Below are positions 61,101 to 64,000 of a DNA stretch of 64,000 nt, piece by piece; position 1 is the first letter of the stretch, and the number at the start of each line of letters is the position of its first letter. The stretch is taken from the NCBI RefSeq assembly GCF_033153115.1, contig NW_026889777.1, positions 2,356,001-2,420,000 on the forward strand. The letters run 5' to 3'. The position numbers and the translations under genes were made by a program. The DNA comes from Saccostrea echinata. Lineage: Eukaryota. The notes under the pieces are model-generated. The model ran no database searches. It saw only the letters and a program-made list of their open reading frames with translations, and was not told the DNA's origin.

Positions 61101-64000
61101 TAATCTGAGTGCAATCATGGCAAAGAAGTTTAACTCTGAATGAAACTCAGTAAAAAAAATATGAAAATGCCCCAGGTGGTTTGGTAAAAATACAGAGAGT
61201 TTGATATTTATCTGATTTTAATGTTGTTCATCGTATTCGAGCTGTCTGTTTTACAGGTGTTTTAGAGCATTTGGTTGCCAGATAAAATCATTCATTCAGA
61301 AAAATTGTACCGATTTGCCCAGCTCTTACTCCTTTTAACAAAAATATTCTCATCGTTTCTTCTATATTTTGGGATAAATTCACCCTATTAGATGAAAGGT
61401 CTAAAAGCTATAGGAATCTTGTCCAGCTCAACACGTCTGTGTAATCTTGCTCAAAGATCTGCTCGATTTTTGAAAGGAGAAATAAGCCAATGCAAATTAA
61501 GTGTTAAAGGCATTAATCGAATCTCATAAGGATCCATTGGTATTGAAGTGCAAATTATATATTCTTTAGAATCTTTAATGGCTTTGTTGAAATGTTTAAT
61601 GGGGTAGGAGGAACCCAAGCATGATATCAGAGTTTATTAAATGTTTGATTTCTTGAGATGATGACATGTTTTCTTTAAACGTTTTGGTGACTTTAAAGTG
61701 ATAATGTTTAGCCAAAACCACGTGATAATCCAATTTTAGTCTGCTGAGAGAACTTTGAAAGTATGATTATGATTATTTTGTCAAAGGTTGTTAATGAAAA
61801 ATTCAGCAGTGCATTAATTTTCTGTTTTGGAAAAAAAAAATTAAAAAAAAGATTTTGATAATTGGATTAAAAGTTTTAACTCCCAGAACAAATCATTTGA
61901 CTATTGATTTCAGTGTATAGCATTTATTTTTTTAGTTTATGTTTCTAAAGATATTAATATTTGAAAAGGAAAATGCTAGTGATATTTACGAAATCGGAAC
62001 CTTGGTTAAGCACAAAATGGGTTACAGACACATGATTTCAATATTTGTCTTGAAATGGCTAACATCACATCCAGACATATACTACGAAATTCTGTTGTTT
62101 AAACGGCACCTTTTGTACATGTACCATATTTAACTGTGCATTTTGGGGGGGTTCAAGTCATATTTCGATACACTGGAGCTTACGTTAATAACGATAGTCT
62201 TGTCAAACGTAAGAATGTTTTTGCTCCTAGACATTCCACAGATAAGCAACAGAGAATTTTCGTTGTTATAATTAGAGTAAACAGAAGTGTTACAAATAGC
62301 AGGCAAACTTCATGGTAGATAAAAAAGAATAAATATTGGATAGTTCTGGTATATCAAGCAGCAGCATTACAGAAAGAAAAGAGCGTATACGAAAACCGGC
62401 GCAGCGTGACTGGTTTAGCATTGCAACTTTTGGGATTTGAGGTACACTCGATCGCTATGATATTGTACTGTGATTCACTGGTAGGAGGGTCGCCAATATA
62501 TCTTGTTATTTATGGATTTGACTGAAAAAGAACCGGAAAAAAATCTTTGCAAAAGCAGTCTTTTGACAAGTGTAAGGTCTATAAAGTTTTGGAGACTTGT
62601 TAATGCATTTAGGTTGATAAGCTGCGAAAAGGAAATTGTAGAATTTGAAATTGGTGATAGATTATATGCTTTTACAATTAATAGCACATAAGCAATTTTT
62701 TCCTTTGTCTGCAAACCTTAAATAAAACCTTCAAAACTGAGAAAAATGGAAAAATAGAAAAAAAATGTACTAGTATCAAATTAAAATTTCCCAATTTTTA
62801 TTCGAATATTAGTAAATCTTGTTGCAAAGTATTGATGACTTCTGAAGAATATCTTTATAACATATGATAGCTTTTACACGACGTTACAAGAATGTGAACT
62901 TTTGCTATTTTTATGCGCATTTTGTGCAGTTCCACATAGTGTGTTCACACAATAAGTGTTTTGTTTTGCGGAAACATTTGGTAGTAGTTAATTGTTTAAA
63001 GCTGGTGGAAAGTATGACTGTGATTAATTTCATTCTTTAGAAAATAGCTCTCAAATATATAATTATATTTTAAGTTGCAATGATATAAATATAGATGTGT
63101 AAAGAGCACTTGTTTGGAGGTTGTAAAAGGTGTAGTAATGGTATTAGGAGCATGCAGGTATCGATCGTTACGTGATAATGGGCTGTAATGACTTCGGTAT
63201 TGTTGCACCTGACGGAGAGTGTATGTGTAGGTCTTGTGTGACCGAGGTTCCGTGCCGGGAGACGAATTTGTACGATAGAGCGTTTTTTTTAAAAGTACAG
63301 TCCCCTTCTAAACAATGACTGCGATCATTTATGTCTTTTTAGATTTCCTTAAAGGGAAGATTTTCGTGTTTGTGTGAATTTTAATAGACTTTTTTTTTAC
63401 CGACGAGGAATTTTAAGGAGTTGGGATTTATTGATTGGCGGTGTGAGAGGTAAGAGCAAACTCGGGTTACACATCGTGGATTCCTGTGTCACAGATATCT
63501 ATAGCAATTAGTTTTGATCTTGGTAGATTTATTCAAAATTGATTCATTTGTGATTTGTATATATACATATTTCCAATTTGTGCGCGATTGACTTTTGCAA
63601 ATGTGCGATCGTTGCGCTTTTCATTGTCCCTGCCCTTGATTGAAATTATACGAAATTTATCATACGCTTATATTGCCTTTTCTAGTCATTGTCGCTTCTT
63701 ACAAACATTTTCAGACGACACCTGTCGTCTTATGGGTTGTCTTTTTGTTAAGAAATTTATAGAGAGACAGTAAATTTTACATGTTTTGAAGAAAACATGT
63801 CTTACTTAAAAGGCACGTGTAACAAAGCCAAAGGAAGTTCCAGTTGAGCTGGAATTAGATATGCAGTGCATATCGAAAGGTCTCAACAAGGGTTAATTAT
63901 CATTTAAATATAAGGGTTGTTCTCCGCGTGTGTCACATTTGAAGGTGTACTCTTATAGTAATTAGTTTTCGTATAGCAATATTGATACTTGCCAAGCTCG

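Overview
AT-rich animal genomic DNA, very probably an oyster (Crassostrea/Magallana), judged from a 166-bp Cg170-like satellite carried inside Helentron-type HINE elements. One complete protein-coding gene can be reconstructed on the + strand: the DEAD-box RNA helicase DDX42 (SF3b125). It has 20 coding exons from 2898 to 23118, 2196 nt including the stop (731 aa), and all introns are GT-AG with consistent phases. The rest of the window has no recognisable coding sequence. It is a dense collection of non-autonomous mobile elements (TA-target CAG-ended TIR elements, CAGGG-ended MITEs with 5-bp target duplications, four Helentron-like HINEs, tRNA-derived SINEs, foldback/palindromic elements), one 162-nt assembly gap, and several candidate non-coding 5' exons of a large downstream + strand gene. 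Most notable observations: (1) two sequence-unrelated 2-3 kb elements share one architecture (27-bp TIR, ATGTACAT target, directly oriented subterminal arrays); (2) in-window evidence suggests the abundant TACATGTA octamer may be a transposon excision footprint; (3) the 166-bp satellite shows strict AB alternation; (4) a DDX42 exon end and splice donor were duplicated and then split by a MITE. I found no evidence of a novel protein-coding system.
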